NCBI RefSeq assembly: GCF_006345805.1
Contig: NC_043005.1
Span: 93,868,001 to 93,932,000 of the forward strand
DNA length: 64,000 nt
From: Octopus sinensis
Lineage: Eukaryota
Direction of reading: 5' to 3'
Shown here: one piece after another, positions 13,457-26,337 of the stretch
Layout: every line of letters starts with the position of its first letter
Numbering within the stretch: position 1 is the stretch's first letter
Position numbers and translations under genes: made by a program
The notes under the pieces: model-generated
What the model was told of the DNA's origin: nothing
The model's input: the letters and a program-made list of their open reading frames with translations, nothing else
Databases searched by the model: none

Positions 13457-15714
13457 AAGACGATGCCAGATCAGATTGGGGCCTGGTGCAGCCTCCATGG
13501 CTTACCAGACCCCAGTCAAACCAGCCAACCCATGCCAGCATGGAAAACGGACGTTAAACGATGATGAAGACGATGATATGTATCTCATCATCTTTTTAAC
13601 ATCTACTTCTCCATGCTTGTATGGGTCAGACAACACTACATTGGGGTAGAGATTTTTATGGCCAGATGTCCGTCATGCTGCCATCTTTATCTGTTTCCAA
13701 GTGAGGTAATAATCTGCAAGTCCTGGACTATCAAAACAATAGCCTGGACATAGTTACATGGAGAACTGGAGAGAAATGACACTGTTTGAATATGACTTTT
13801 ATTTACAAAGATCACGTGAAGAAGAGCTGATAGATTTTCATGATGGACAGCAAAGTGATGTTTTTGTTTACAAACATCAAGATGAAGGGAAAAAATGAAC
13901 TTACACTCACCCACCCATGCACACACGAACATATATGATGGGCTTCTTCAGTTTCTGTCTAGCAATTTCACTCATCAGGTATTAGTTGACCTGTGGCTAT
14001 AGTATAAAATGTTAGCCAACGACATCCATGAAGTGGGATTGAACTCCTAGCAATTTGACTCCAAAGTAAATTTCTTAACCTATAGCCATGTCTGTACCTA
14101 TTGTGTGTGTGGGTGTGTGTGTAAACACACATTCACATATGCAAATATATATATAATTTATATATATGTATGTACATAGTTCAGAAATGTATATTTCAGA
14201 AAGAAACACACATATAATGGTGAAAGATATAAACTCCAATGAGAAAGCTAGTTATAAACTAGTTACACATATATACAGACATACACATAAATACCTCTAT
14301 AGAGATATACACACACATACATATTTGAAATAGAGTTGGATGTAATAAACAAGAAATTTATATTAATTTCTGAAATATATGAATCCACTTCTAATGTATG
14401 GTAAAAAACAAAACTGAAACAAGCTTTATGAAAAGAAAAACCATGCACAAAGCAAAAGAAAATGGAAAAAAAAAGTAACAAAAAGCAGTGTTCCAGCATG
14501 GCCATGGCTTGCAGGGTTGGAACCAGTAAAAAAGAGTAAGCCAAGGAGGCACTGAAAGGTATTTTTTGAGACCAACATGTAAAAATGAGCAAATGCTGGA
14601 ATAAAAACACAGAAATAAATGAAGATAGAAGCAGGGTTCATAGAATTCAATGAGTAAAAGAGAGAAATATTCTTGGTGGAATTGGCTGTGATGGCATCAA
14701 ATTGACATTAATTGGTTGAATGGAATAAATGTTAAATGCAAAGACATTTGTATATGATAGGAAGTCTTAAATATGCAGGGAAAAACAGAAAGAAAGAAAA
14801 AAAGGAATGGTAACTGGTGTTGTTTGGGACTTACTGTTGATATATGCATATGTGTGTGTGTGTGTGTGTGTGTGTGTAAACAAATATCATCATCATCATC
14901 TGGCCAAGCTTAATCCACACATCCATCTTTGTCCTCTATTAGTTGAGGCTGTCTCAGAACCAAGGCACATGAAATCATCAACGTGATTGATGGGATCTCC
15001 ACTAGTGTTGGATCCTTGATGATTGTGAGCAATGAGTTTGGTTTTACTTGGATTAACAAGCAGTCTAACATCATATGCAGCTAATTGTAGACTATGAATT
15101 AATTGGGTGGAGTTTGATATATTGTCAGAGAACAAGGCTAAATCGTCGGCAGAGTCTCCATCAGTTTGGAATGCTTGGCCATGGGGAAGTATTATTATCT
15201 GGCTTGGCAACAGGTGATAGCTGATGATAGGAAAGGAAACTAACCACAGAAAATTTGCCTCAACAGACTCCATCTAACCCATGCAAGCATGGAAAAGTGG
15301 ACGTTAAAAAGGTGATGTGTGTGTGTGTGTATACTTGGGATTACTTTTATTCTTGTATTTGATGAGGGGGAATCTTATAATATTTCATGAAATATTACAG
15401 CAGCATTGAACAACATATGTAAGGCAATACAATATCTTTTCTCTTCACTTTTATTTATTGTAATTATATATATTTTACCAAACTTCTCATTTGAATTGCC
15501 CAAAAGTTGTTTTGTTTTAATATCATTTACACATTACAAGGCTTTAAGCAAATTATAACACTCTTTTACACATTCTTCTCTAATTTTGGTAGTGATTCAG
15601 CTATAAGAACAGGGCTATCTGTGTAGAGGAGCTCCCAGGGGCAGCCAGTCTTAAATTCCTCTTCTTTAGCCTAGAGGACTATGACAAACAAGAGGGGGCC
15701 AAGAACTGATCCTT

Positions 15715-16550
15715 GGTGAACCCCTACTTGCATACTAAATTCCTTACTATACTCATTGGTGAATTTCAGCTTATTGACAGTATCCCTGTACATGGCTTGT
15801 ATAGCTCTCACCAGCCGCTCTATATTGACCACCAGGTAAGAGAGTGGAGGACACTGTCAAAGGCTTTCTCCATGTTAACAAAAGCTAAATACAGAGGTTT
15901 ATTTTTGGCCAAGTACTTTTCCTGCAGTTGCCTCACCAAGAAGATAGCATCAGTAGTGCTTCTTCCTGGCACAAATCCAAACTGCATCTCATCCTAATTA
16001 ATGGAGCTATGACCTTTTCTTTAACTTTCATCATCTGGTCCAGCAATTTGACGCCCTCTGTAATTATTCCTGTCTAAGGCATCACCTTTCTCTTTGTAAC
16101 AAGTCTTTGGACATGACTCCCTTGTGGACAACCTGATTAACTATATGGGTGACTAGGCCATACCCAACTCTGCCAGATATTTTAAACATCTCAGTGGTGA
16201 TTCCTGATTGGCTAGGAGTGATTCCTCTCTTCATATCCTTAATTGCTTTATCAAATAAGCTACTGTCAATTTGGATACCCAGTCCCTCTTTTGGGTCTAT
16301 GTTAGGTAGGTTCTCCTTCTATGTATTCTCTGCATTTAGCAATCTTTCATAGTGGCATTTCCATGCCTCCTTCTTTGCAGAATCACTAACTGCAAATAAG
16401 CCATCATCCATGCGTTCTCTCTTACAACATCATGACTTTCTCTGACACAGTCTTGCAAGCCGAAACACCTCAAGCCTCAGGCCCTCACGCCACAGAACAT
16501 TGGCAAACTTCTTCCTTTCTGCTTCTCTCTTGGCTAAGTATGCTTGCCTT
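15715..16550 (-). mobile_element. RTE LINE RT fragment
   Basis: Reverse-complement similarity to 22500-23330 (KKEAWKCHYE..., LVRQLQEKYLAK, MEKAFDSV). Confidence 0.75.
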
Positions 16551-16942
16551 CTAGCTGACATGTGTGTGTGAGTGTGTAAGCATGTGTGTGTGTGTATGTA
16601 TATCACACACACATATACATACACACACACATTTAAGTATGTATGTCAACATACAGAGGGCAAAAGATGTAAACATCATCAAGAAAAGTAAGAAACTGAT
16701 GCTGCCAAACTAAAACATCTGGTGGTATTTCTTCTGCCCAAGTTGCATAGAACAATTCCTTGTTTCCCTCAACAGTGTAAATGAAATGAAATATATCGAT
16801 TGACTTATTGAACCAACAGCTTTCTGAGCAGTGAACAGTATGTTATATTTACATAAGTGCATATAAAATACTTTCTCTCTCTCTCAGCCCCACAGATGTT
16901 ACATGTGTAGTATGTGGAACATGAAATACATATAGACAAGGA

Positions 16943-16997
<55 letters not shown>

Positions 16998-17104
16998 TTT
17001 ATTTTAAGCAGCAGAAAATTCAACATGCATCTAATGTATTAGCACATACTGGTGCTCTTGTTACTATTATCACCTCACAAACACGATACCATACATAATA
17101 TATA

Positions 17105-17790
17105 ATCATCATCATCGTTTAACGTCTGCTTTCCATGCTGGCATGGGTTGGACAGTTTGACTGAAGACAGGCAAGCGAGGAGGCTGCACCAGGCTCAATC
17201 TGATTTGGCAACATTTCTACAGCTGAATGCCCTTCCTAATGCCAACCACTCTGAGAGTGTAATGGATTCTTTTTATGTGCCACTGGCATTGGAGCCAGTC
17301 AAGCAGCACTGGCATCAACCATGCTTGAATGGTGCTTTTTATGTGTCACTAGCACAGGTGCAAATCAAGCGGCACTGGCATTGACCACACTTGAATGATG
17401 CTTTTTATGTACCACTGGCACGAGTGCTAATCAGGCGGCACTGGCATAGACCATGCTTGAATTGTCGTTTTTACATGCCACTGGCATAGAAACCAGTCAG
17501 GCAGCACTAGCATTGGTCATGCTCAAGTGGTGCTTTACACATGTCACCGGCACAGGTGCTAGTTGGGTGGCACCAACTTTGGCCATGACTACGATCTCAT
17601 TTGGTTCAACAGATCTTCACAAACTCAGCATATTTGCCTGATGATTGGGGGGTATTTTTAAACAGACCAGTTATGTGACACTGACATTGGCCACAGCTAC
17701 TATCTCACTTAGCTTGCCAGGGCTTCTCAAGCAAAGCATATCTCCAAAGGTTTCCATCGCTTGTCATTGCTTCTGTGATGCCCAACATTC
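17105..17790 (-). mobile_element. RTE-type 3'UTR copy with internal 66-bp tandem units
   Basis: catcatcgtttaacgtc tail; units start at 17306, 17372, 17438 and 17504. Confidence 0.75.
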
Positions 17791-17892
17791 GAAGAATGAA
17801 TAAAATGACAGGTGAATTTCATCACATTTACACAAAACTATTTGACTAAGTATTCTTTTTTCTTTTTCTTTTTTTATTCATTTTCCTTTTAC

Positions 17893-18029
17893 CAGTTACA
17901 GAAGTGAAAACTGATGAGGTCATTCTATCAAAATAGGAACACAGGTTTTCCTTGTTTATATTTTCAATTTCTGTGTTTCTGTGGTTATTTTCATTCTATA
18001 TTTTGAATCTGAAGAAGACAGACCATCTG
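17893..18029 (-). CDS. INPP5B: candidate linker exon with an apparent 1-nt frameshift (DGLSSSDSKYR / NENNHRNTEIENINKENLCSYFDRMTSSVFTSVT)
   Basis: tatttcag acceptor and gtaaaa donor. 137 nt as given; 138 nt would be a symmetric phase-1 exon joining 45430 to 6789. Confidence 0.45.
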
Positions 18030-20199
18030 CTGAAATACTGTTCAAACTTAAACAATCTATTACAAATCGTATTGTGCTAGGTACAAGGCCTGAAATTTTG
18101 GGGGAGAGGACTAGTCAATTACATCGACCCCATTGTTTCACTGGTACTTAATTTATCGGCCCTGAAAGGATGAAAGGTAAAGTTGACCTTGGCATAATTT
18201 GAACTTAGAATGTAGTGACGGGTGAAATACTGCTAAGCATTTCATTGAGCATGCTAACAATTCTGCCTTCTTAGTAATAATAATAAAATTCCAGGAAACT
18301 CAGAAGTATCAGAACTATGAAAACTTCATCTTATGAGAGCCCATATCCTAAGAAAAACATTAACCTGAAAATGTCTGACTCTTAAATCTCTTCCTAAACT
18401 GAAATATAAATTCAACAGGATCTTAGTTCTCAGATTCTGGTTGCCTTCCCTTACAATATATCATTGCTAATCATAAATAATATGGATTAATAATATCCAA
18501 ATTGCTGTAACTTGAGGTCTCTGGGTGATATTTGGAACAGCTCCAAGTACTTTCCCTGACACTAACAATTCTGCCAGCTTGCTGCCTTTTTTTTTGTTGT
18601 TTTTGATGATGTTGATGATGATGATAATAATAATAATGGAAAAAAGATGTAATTCTCAGTGTCACGTAACTGGTACCCATGCTGGTGGCACATATAAAGA
18701 ACCTTTTGAGTATTGGGCCCCATGGAGGCAACATGGCCGATGTTGGTGCCATGGAACTAGCAAACATGTTGGTGGCACATAAAAAGCACCTTTCAAGTGC
18801 TGGGCCACATGGAGGCAATGACAAATGAGTGAAACCTTTGGCAATATGCTGTGTTTAAGAAGGAAGATCCATCAAGCTGAGTGAAATTGTAGTCGTGGTA
18901 GATACTGGTGTTGTGCCAGTGGCACATAACAGCACCTGGTACACTCTCAGAGTAGTTGGTGTTAGGAAGGGCATCCAGCTATAGAAACCATGCCAAACCA
19001 GACTAGAATCTGGTTCAGCCCCTCAGCTGACCAGCCCATGTCAAACCATCGGACAACACACGTTAACACGCAATTTCAGATTAAAAGACACTCATACACT
19101 TTATTTGTGGGTTAACGAGGCTACTATGTGAGTTAACCAGGTTTCATGTTAAGAGAGGTACATCTCTTAACAATTATCAACTCTGTTGCATATGGGGATG
19201 CTGATGTTTGTCTCCATCTTGGATGAAAAGAATAGAATCACCTTGTATCATATTTTCATCCAAGATGGAGATGAACATCAACATCCCATGCAACAGATGT
19301 ATCTCTTTTAATATGAAACTAATGGTAACCTGGTTAACCCACAAATAAACAATATTTATCCACCAATGTGATGCTGAGCACTCATTCTCACTGTTAGATA
19401 TTAATATATATATATATACATTTACATATAATGGAAATGTTTGTAGAGAGCATTTAGAAGTAACATAAATAGTTGAAAAAAAAAAGCCATATTCAAAGCA
19501 AGAAAGCAAAACAAACAAATAATAATAAAAGAAAGGATAAAACCATTTACTGTACTTTTAAAATCTCCATACAATTATTTCTTTTATAAATTAGTTGCTG
19601 GCTGACAATTTGCAACTGGATAGGCAGTGATAATGTAAACAAACTGTTGCCATCACAACATTTGAGAAAGAGAGGTGAAAACATAACAACATTAGAGAGA
19701 GAGAAAGAGATGCTACAACTATATACCAAGAGTGTTTAAGACAGAGCAAAAGTAGATTTCTCACATCAGTTGCAGACAAGACTACATACAAGGAAGACAT
19801 ATTTCTACTTCTGAAATGGTACTTGTTTAGTTTAGGTATTCTTATATCATGAAAGTGCTTTAAAAATATGCAATTACTGAACGACATTATAACACCTGAT
19901 TAAGACAGTGAGCTGGCAGAATTGTTAGCACGCTGGGTGAAATGCTAAGCAGCATTTTGCCTGTTGCTATGTTCTGAGTTCAAATTCTGCCAAGGTTGAC
20001 TTTACCTTTCATCTTTTCAGGATTGATAAATTAAGTACCAGTTGAATACTAGGGTTGATGTAATTGACTTAATCCCTCCTGCCAAATTTCAAGGCCTTGT
20101 GCTTATAATAGAAAGGATCATAACACCTGATTCTTGTTATTTTCTTTTGTGCTTTCTTTTATCTACGGTCATAGGACAAGCAGCAAGCTTGCTTTGCAA

Positions 20200-20525
20200 T
20201 CATAGGGTTCTGGTTTCAGTCCCACTGTGCAACACATTGGATAAGTGTCTTCTACAATGGCCCTAGGCTGATGAATGCCTTGCAAATGTATTTGGTAGAT
20301 GGAAACTGAGTGGAAGCCCTTATGTGTATCCATACAGGTATTGGTTTGCTTATGTCCTGGTAACTTAGCAGGATGGCAAAAGAGACTAACAGAGATGCTG
20401 ATAGACTAAGTACTAGACATCAAAAGACAATAAGTACTAGAGTCGATTTGTTCAACTAAAATATTTCAAGGCAGTGCTCCAGCATGGCTGCAGTCTGATG
20501 ATTGAAACAAGCAAACAATAAAATT
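20200..20525 (+). mobile_element. second SINE family ending in cagcatggc..gaaac
   Basis: Related pieces at about 13930-14100, 30320-30520, 43850-44060 and 57195-57510. Confidence 0.6.
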
Positions 20526-21098
20526 CTATTGAACACATTGTTCAATATTTCAAACAGGAGACAACAGATATGCTGTTGTTTAGCTACAGGTCAATTTTGA
20601 TAAAACAATCTGTGAACAAAGACCTTCTTGCCATGACAATTCCATCATTGTTTTACATGCAAGACAGCTGAGGGCCACATTATTCAATATGCCCTTTTCT
20701 AAGGTATTAAGAGATTCAACATTTTTAGCATGTCAATTGATCATGCAGAAGCCCCCACATTAGCTATTATTAAAACTATGTACAGGGGACAGAAGAGGGC
20801 TAAAGTAACCCTGTACTGTTGCTAAACTTAAATGGCAGTAACTTTGTGCAGCTCAATTATAAAGATATAAAAGCTAGAAAACTAAACGTTTTTCTGTCTG
20901 TCCCTCGTCCATCCACTAATGGCCATGTCTTCAATCATATTTATTTCATGTTTATATCTTAACTTTTTGCATTGCATATTTGTTTATTTCTTGTTTGTTT
21001 GTTCACTTTCTGTCATGTTTGGTCCCTTGTTTGTTGATTTGCCATTTCCCTGGAAAATGGATTTTATATGATGACGACGATGATGATATACACACGTG

Positions 21099-21137
<39 letters not shown>

Positions 21138-21424
21138 TATATATATAAAATCCTCATTATCCTTTTATGCCTGCTTTCCATACTGGCATGAGCTGGAAGT
21201 TTCAACAAGGTCCAGTGGGTTGGAGAACTATGTGTTGCATCAATGTTTCAGTTTTAGTGTAGTTCTATAGTCTGTGACTGAATACCTTTCTTAACACCCA
21301 CACATACACATGACAGATTAGATAACCACAATGACCATGGCAAACATTCATTTTGACAACTGTATTAGTTTTGTGTAACTAGACAAACAGGAAATGAAAA
21401 TATCAGCAAATATATATGTATATA

Positions 21425-24400
21425 TCTGAAAGGTAGGTCTGGTGAGATAGTCGAGATGCTTGAACGGAGATGTGTGGATATATGTTGCATGCAAGAAATA
21501 AGGTGGAGAGGAGGATCAGCTAGGTTCCTCACAGGCAAGGAACGCAGGTACAAGATTTTCTGGGCAGGGAACACTGACGGGGTTGGTGGCGTGGGTATAC
21601 TTATCGCTGAGAAATGGGTAGATAAAGTAATTGAGGTAATCAGAGTAAGTGACAGAATACTTAAGATTAGATTAGTGCTTCATCATAGTTTAGCAACCAT
21701 TATATCAGCCTATGCTCCTCAGTCGGGGCTACCGATGGACAGAAAGACCGATTCTATGACACTCTACTGCAGACTACCTCATTGACGAACGACAGAGACC
21801 TTATCTTTGTGGCTGGTGACTTCAATGGTCACGTTGGACGACATGCTGGGGGCTTCCATGGCGTACATGGAGGCTATGGCTATGGCTCCCGCAACGAGGA
21901 GGGAACCAGGCTGCTGGAGTTCTGCGATGCAAATAATCTTATGATTTGCAACACTAACTTCAGGAAACCTACCAGCCACCTAGTCACTTACCAATCGGGC
22001 CAACATACCAGCCAAATTGACTACATCCTTACAAGGCAAAGGGAGAGATGGCTGCTTATAAATGCCAAAACCTTCCCAGGTGAAGAATGTACCCCACAAC
22101 ATAGACTGGTAGTTAGTGACTTTAGGATCAGGACTAGGAGGACAACCAGAAGACGACAAATATGGAGAAGAAGGATCTGGAAGCTTAAAGATCCTGCAAA
22201 TGGACAGAGATTTAGGGACATATTACTTGAAGCCTCTGACGAAGTAGAAGGGGATAGAGCATCACAGGGGGTAGGACAGCTGGACGTTTCTAAGGACAAC
22301 CTGCTGAGAGCCACTGACCAGATCTGTGGCTGGTGCAAAGTCCCCTCTCGACCTAGAATAACGTGGTGGTGGAACAATATTGTAGACAGGGCTATTAGAG
22401 AAAAGAGACAGGCTTGGAAGGTCTGGAAAAATGGGGGTAGCAGGGAATTGTATCAGACTGCCGTGAGGACCAAAGACTGGAGGTGTTTCGTGTTGCAAGA
22501 CAGTGTGTGAGAGAGAATCGTGATGTGGTAGGAGAGAAGTGTGTTCGCATGGAAGATGGTTCACTTGCGCTAAATGAGGATGCAAAGAGAGAGGTTTGGA
22601 GATGCCACTATGAAAGGTTGCTGAATGAAGAAAATGAATGGGATAAAGAGAGTCTGCCGAATGTTGACCCAACAGAGGGACCAGCTATCCGAGTTGATAG
22701 TTCTGTGGTAGCTAAGGCAATTAGAAGCATGAAGACAGGGAAAGCCCCAGGCCCATCAGGAATCACTGCAGAGATGCTCAAAATGTCTGGTAGTGTCGGC
22801 TATAGCCTAGTCACCCATATAGTTAATCAGGTGATACAGAAAGGGGTCATACCCAATGACTGGTGTAGCAGTATAATAGTCAACTGCTACAAAGGTAAAG
22901 GTGATGCCCTAGATACAAATAACTACAGAGGTATCAAGCTGTTGGACCAGGTGATGAAGGTTACGGAGAGGGTCATAGCCCAACTAATTAGAGAGAGAGT
23001 TAGTTTAGATGAGATGCAGTTTGGGTTTGTGCCAGGGAAAGTACTACTGATGCTATATTCCTGGTAAGGCAGCTGCAGGAGAAATACCTAGCCAAAGATA
23101 AGCCCCTGTACCTGGCTTTTGTTGACATGGAGAAAGCCTTCGACAGGGTCCCCCGATCCCTTATCTGGTGGGCAATGAGAAAACTAGGGATAGATGAATG
23201 GTTAGTGCGAGCTGTGCGGGCCATGTATAGGGACGCCGCTAGTAGGGTGAGGGTTGGAAATGAGTACAGTGAAGAATTCCGGGTAGAGGTAGGGGTCCAC
23301 CAAGGCTCAGTACTCAGCCCCCTCCTATTTATCATAGTCCTCCAGGCAATAACGGAGGAATTCAAGACAGGATGCCCTTGGGAGCTCCTCTATGCTGATG
23401 ACCTTGCTCTAATTGCTGAGTCGCTATCAGAACTGGAGGAGAAGTTTCAGGTGTGGAAACAAGGATTAGAATCGAAGGGCCTCAGAGTCAATCTAGCTAA
23501 AACCAAAGTCGTAATCAGTAGGAAGGTAGACAAATCACAAACACCTTCAGGTAGATGGCTCTGCTCGATCTGTAGAAAAGGTGTAGGTAGAAACCCTACA
23601 AGATGCACCAAGTGTAAGCTATGGACACATAAGAGATGCAGCAATGTCAAAGGAAGGCTAACTAGGAAGATGGTTTTTGTATGTGGCAGATGCTCAGGAA
23701 CAATAAACACTGAAAATGCTCTGAGACCAACTTCCGTCACTTTCCAGGGAGAAAAAACTGAAATAGTTGATAGTTTCCGTTACCTAGGTGACCAAGTCAG
23801 CAGCGGGGGCGAGTGTGCTGAAAGTGTAACTGCTAGAGTAAGAATAGCTTGGGCAAAGTTCAGAGAGCTTTACCTCTGCTGGTGACAAAAGGCCTCTCGC
23901 ACAGAGTGAAAGGCAGACTGTATGCGGTGTGTACGAACAGCCATGCTACATGGCAGTGAAACAGGGCCGTGACTGCTGAGGATATGCGTAAGCTCGCTAG
24001 AAATGAAACCAGTATGCTCCGATGGATGTTGTAATGCCGGTACTCACACTCGGCAGAGTGTAAGTACCTTGAGAGAAAAAGCTGGACCTAAGAAGCTCAG
24101 TTGTGGTGTGCAAGAGAGACGTTTGCGCTGGTATGGTCATGTGGCGAGAATGGATGAGATAGTTGTGTGAAAAGTGCCACACCCTAGCGGTTGAGGGAAC
24201 TGTGGAAGAGGCAGACCCAGGAAAACCTGGGACGAGGTGGTGAAGCACGACCTTCGAACTTTAGGTCTCGTGAGGAAATGACTAGAGACGAGACCTCTGG
24301 AAGTGTGCTGTGCGCGAGAAGACCCGGCAGGACACCGTGGCCTTCTACATGGGATGGAGCCAGCCTACGTATGCATACCTTCCCTTCTTGGGACACAAAC

Positions 24401-24915
24401 TCTACTTGTGAAGACGTGTTGAGGCAAGTGAGGATCAGAATCGAAATCGATCAATGGAAATTGCGGATGTGCTACCAGTGCCGGTGGCATGTCGAAACTC
24501 TGCTTGTGAAGACCCATTGAGGCAAGTGAGGATCAGAATCGAAATCGATCAATGGAAATTGCAGATGTGTTACCAGTGCCGGTGGCATGTAAGAGAACTT
24601 CTGTTTCGCGACCGTTGCCAGCACCGCCCCGTTCGTGTCCGTTGCCAGCCTCGCCTGGCCCTCGTGCCGGTGGCACATAAAGCACCATCCGTTCGTGGCG
24701 TTTGCCAGCTCTGTCTGGCACCAGTGCGGGTGGCACGTAAAAAGCACCCACTACACTCACGGAGTGGTTGGCGTTAGGAAGGGCATCCAGCCGTAGAAAC
24801 ACTGCCAGATTTGACTGGGCCTGATGAAGCCTTCTGGCTTCACAGACCCCAGTAGAACCGTCCAACCCATGCTAGCATGGAAAACGGACGCTAAATGATG
24901 ATGATGATGATGATG
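21425..24915 (+). mobile_element. near-complete RTE LINE (APE - RT - PHD-like finger - C-terminus, 3'UTR, (GAT)n tail), frameshifted
   Basis: GRSGEIVEMLERRCVDICCMQE, AGDFNGHVG, SQIDYIL (APE); MEKAFDRV, HQGSVLSP, LYADD (RT); CSIC...CTKC..WTHKRC...CGRC. Confidence 0.95.
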
Positions 24916-25164
24916 TTATGATACATATATAATATATATACATATTACATATATATTATATATATAACATACATATATATATATATTTATACATATATAT
25001 TCTATACATACATATATTATATATACATATATATATACATACATATATAAAATAATATATATATCCAATATATATATATTATATATATATATATAATAAT
25101 ATACTACATATATATATATTATATATATACATACAATATATATAGATATATATATATTACATAC

Positions 25165-25195
<31 letters not shown>

Positions 25196-25340
25196 CATAC
25201 ATATACTATATATATATATACATATATATATACATACATATATATATATACACATACATCTTTATATACATACATATATATATTACATACATATATATAT
25301 ACACATACATATATATATACATACATATATATATACATAC

Positions 25341-25383
<43 letters not shown>

Positions 25384-25600
25384 TATCTAATACATATATA
25401 CATATATATACTATCATATATATATCTATATATAATATATATATACATATATACATTATAAATATTATATTACATATATATATACATATATACATATATA
25501 TATAACATATATATATATAATATATATATACATATATATATTATATATACATATATATACACATATATATATATATATACATATATATATAATATATATC

Positions 25601-25636
<36 letters not shown>

Positions 25637-25755
25637 CATATATTATATATATATATATATACATACCATTATATATACACATATATATATATACGATATA
25701 TATATATATATACATATATATACATATATATATACATATATATACATATAATATT

Positions 25756-25789
<34 letters not shown>

Positions 25790-26052
25790 CATATATATAT
25801 ACATATATATATATATACATATATATATACATATATATATATACATATATACATATATATATATATAATATACATATATATTATATTGACACATATTATA
25901 TATATATATGCACATATATATATATATATATGCACATATATATATATATATGCACATATATATATATATATGCAATAGATATATTATATATATATATATG
26001 CAATATAATATATATATATATATTGCACTATATATATATATATAATATGCAC

Positions 26053-26096
<44 letters not shown>
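24916..26096. repeat. about 1.2-kb compound (TA)n/(TATACA)n microsatellite
   Basis: Direct reading. Confidence 0.95.
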
Positions 26097-26098
<2 letters not shown>

Positions 26099-26337
26099 TT
26101 AATCCAAACAAAAAAACACAGGAAAAAGAGAAAAAGAAAACACAGCAACGCAGGACGTGGAACAATTAAAGTATTATTGACGCTCAGGAAAGAAGGGAAG
26201 GAGGTTTAACGTTTCGAGCGGAGATCTTGTCGGAAACAAGCAAGAAGGAGAGATCCCAAGGAGGGAAGACAGAGAGAAAATAATTGAGCTGGTGGTGCTC
26301 AAGAGATACACTTATATATATATATAATATATATTAT

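Noticed and set aside
18002-18046. CTGAAGA...GAAA with plausible stems I and II on the plus strand
   Set aside because: Stem III cannot form and position 17 would be G; probably chance.
19765-19810. 46-nt segment with good AG/GT sites (SRNMSSLYVVLSATD)
   Set aside because: Phase 2 to 0 does not fit the neighbouring phase-1 exons without an extra exon that I could not find.
24821-24845. CTGATGA-AGCC-TTCT-GGCT in the RTE 3'UTR, resembling a hammerhead core plus stem II
   Set aside because: It is followed by TCAC rather than GAAA, and there is no stem III or cleavage triplet.
24916-25975. Many IYIY/YTHT-type ORFs, also at 13245-13564, 31070-31762 and 40626-41706
   Set aside because: They are translations of microsatellites, not genes.
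26204-26237. Hammerhead-like remnant on the minus strand (CCGACAAGA...GCTCGAAACGTTAAAC)
   Set aside because: The core is disrupted; probably a decayed PLE-type motif, so it is not counted as functional.
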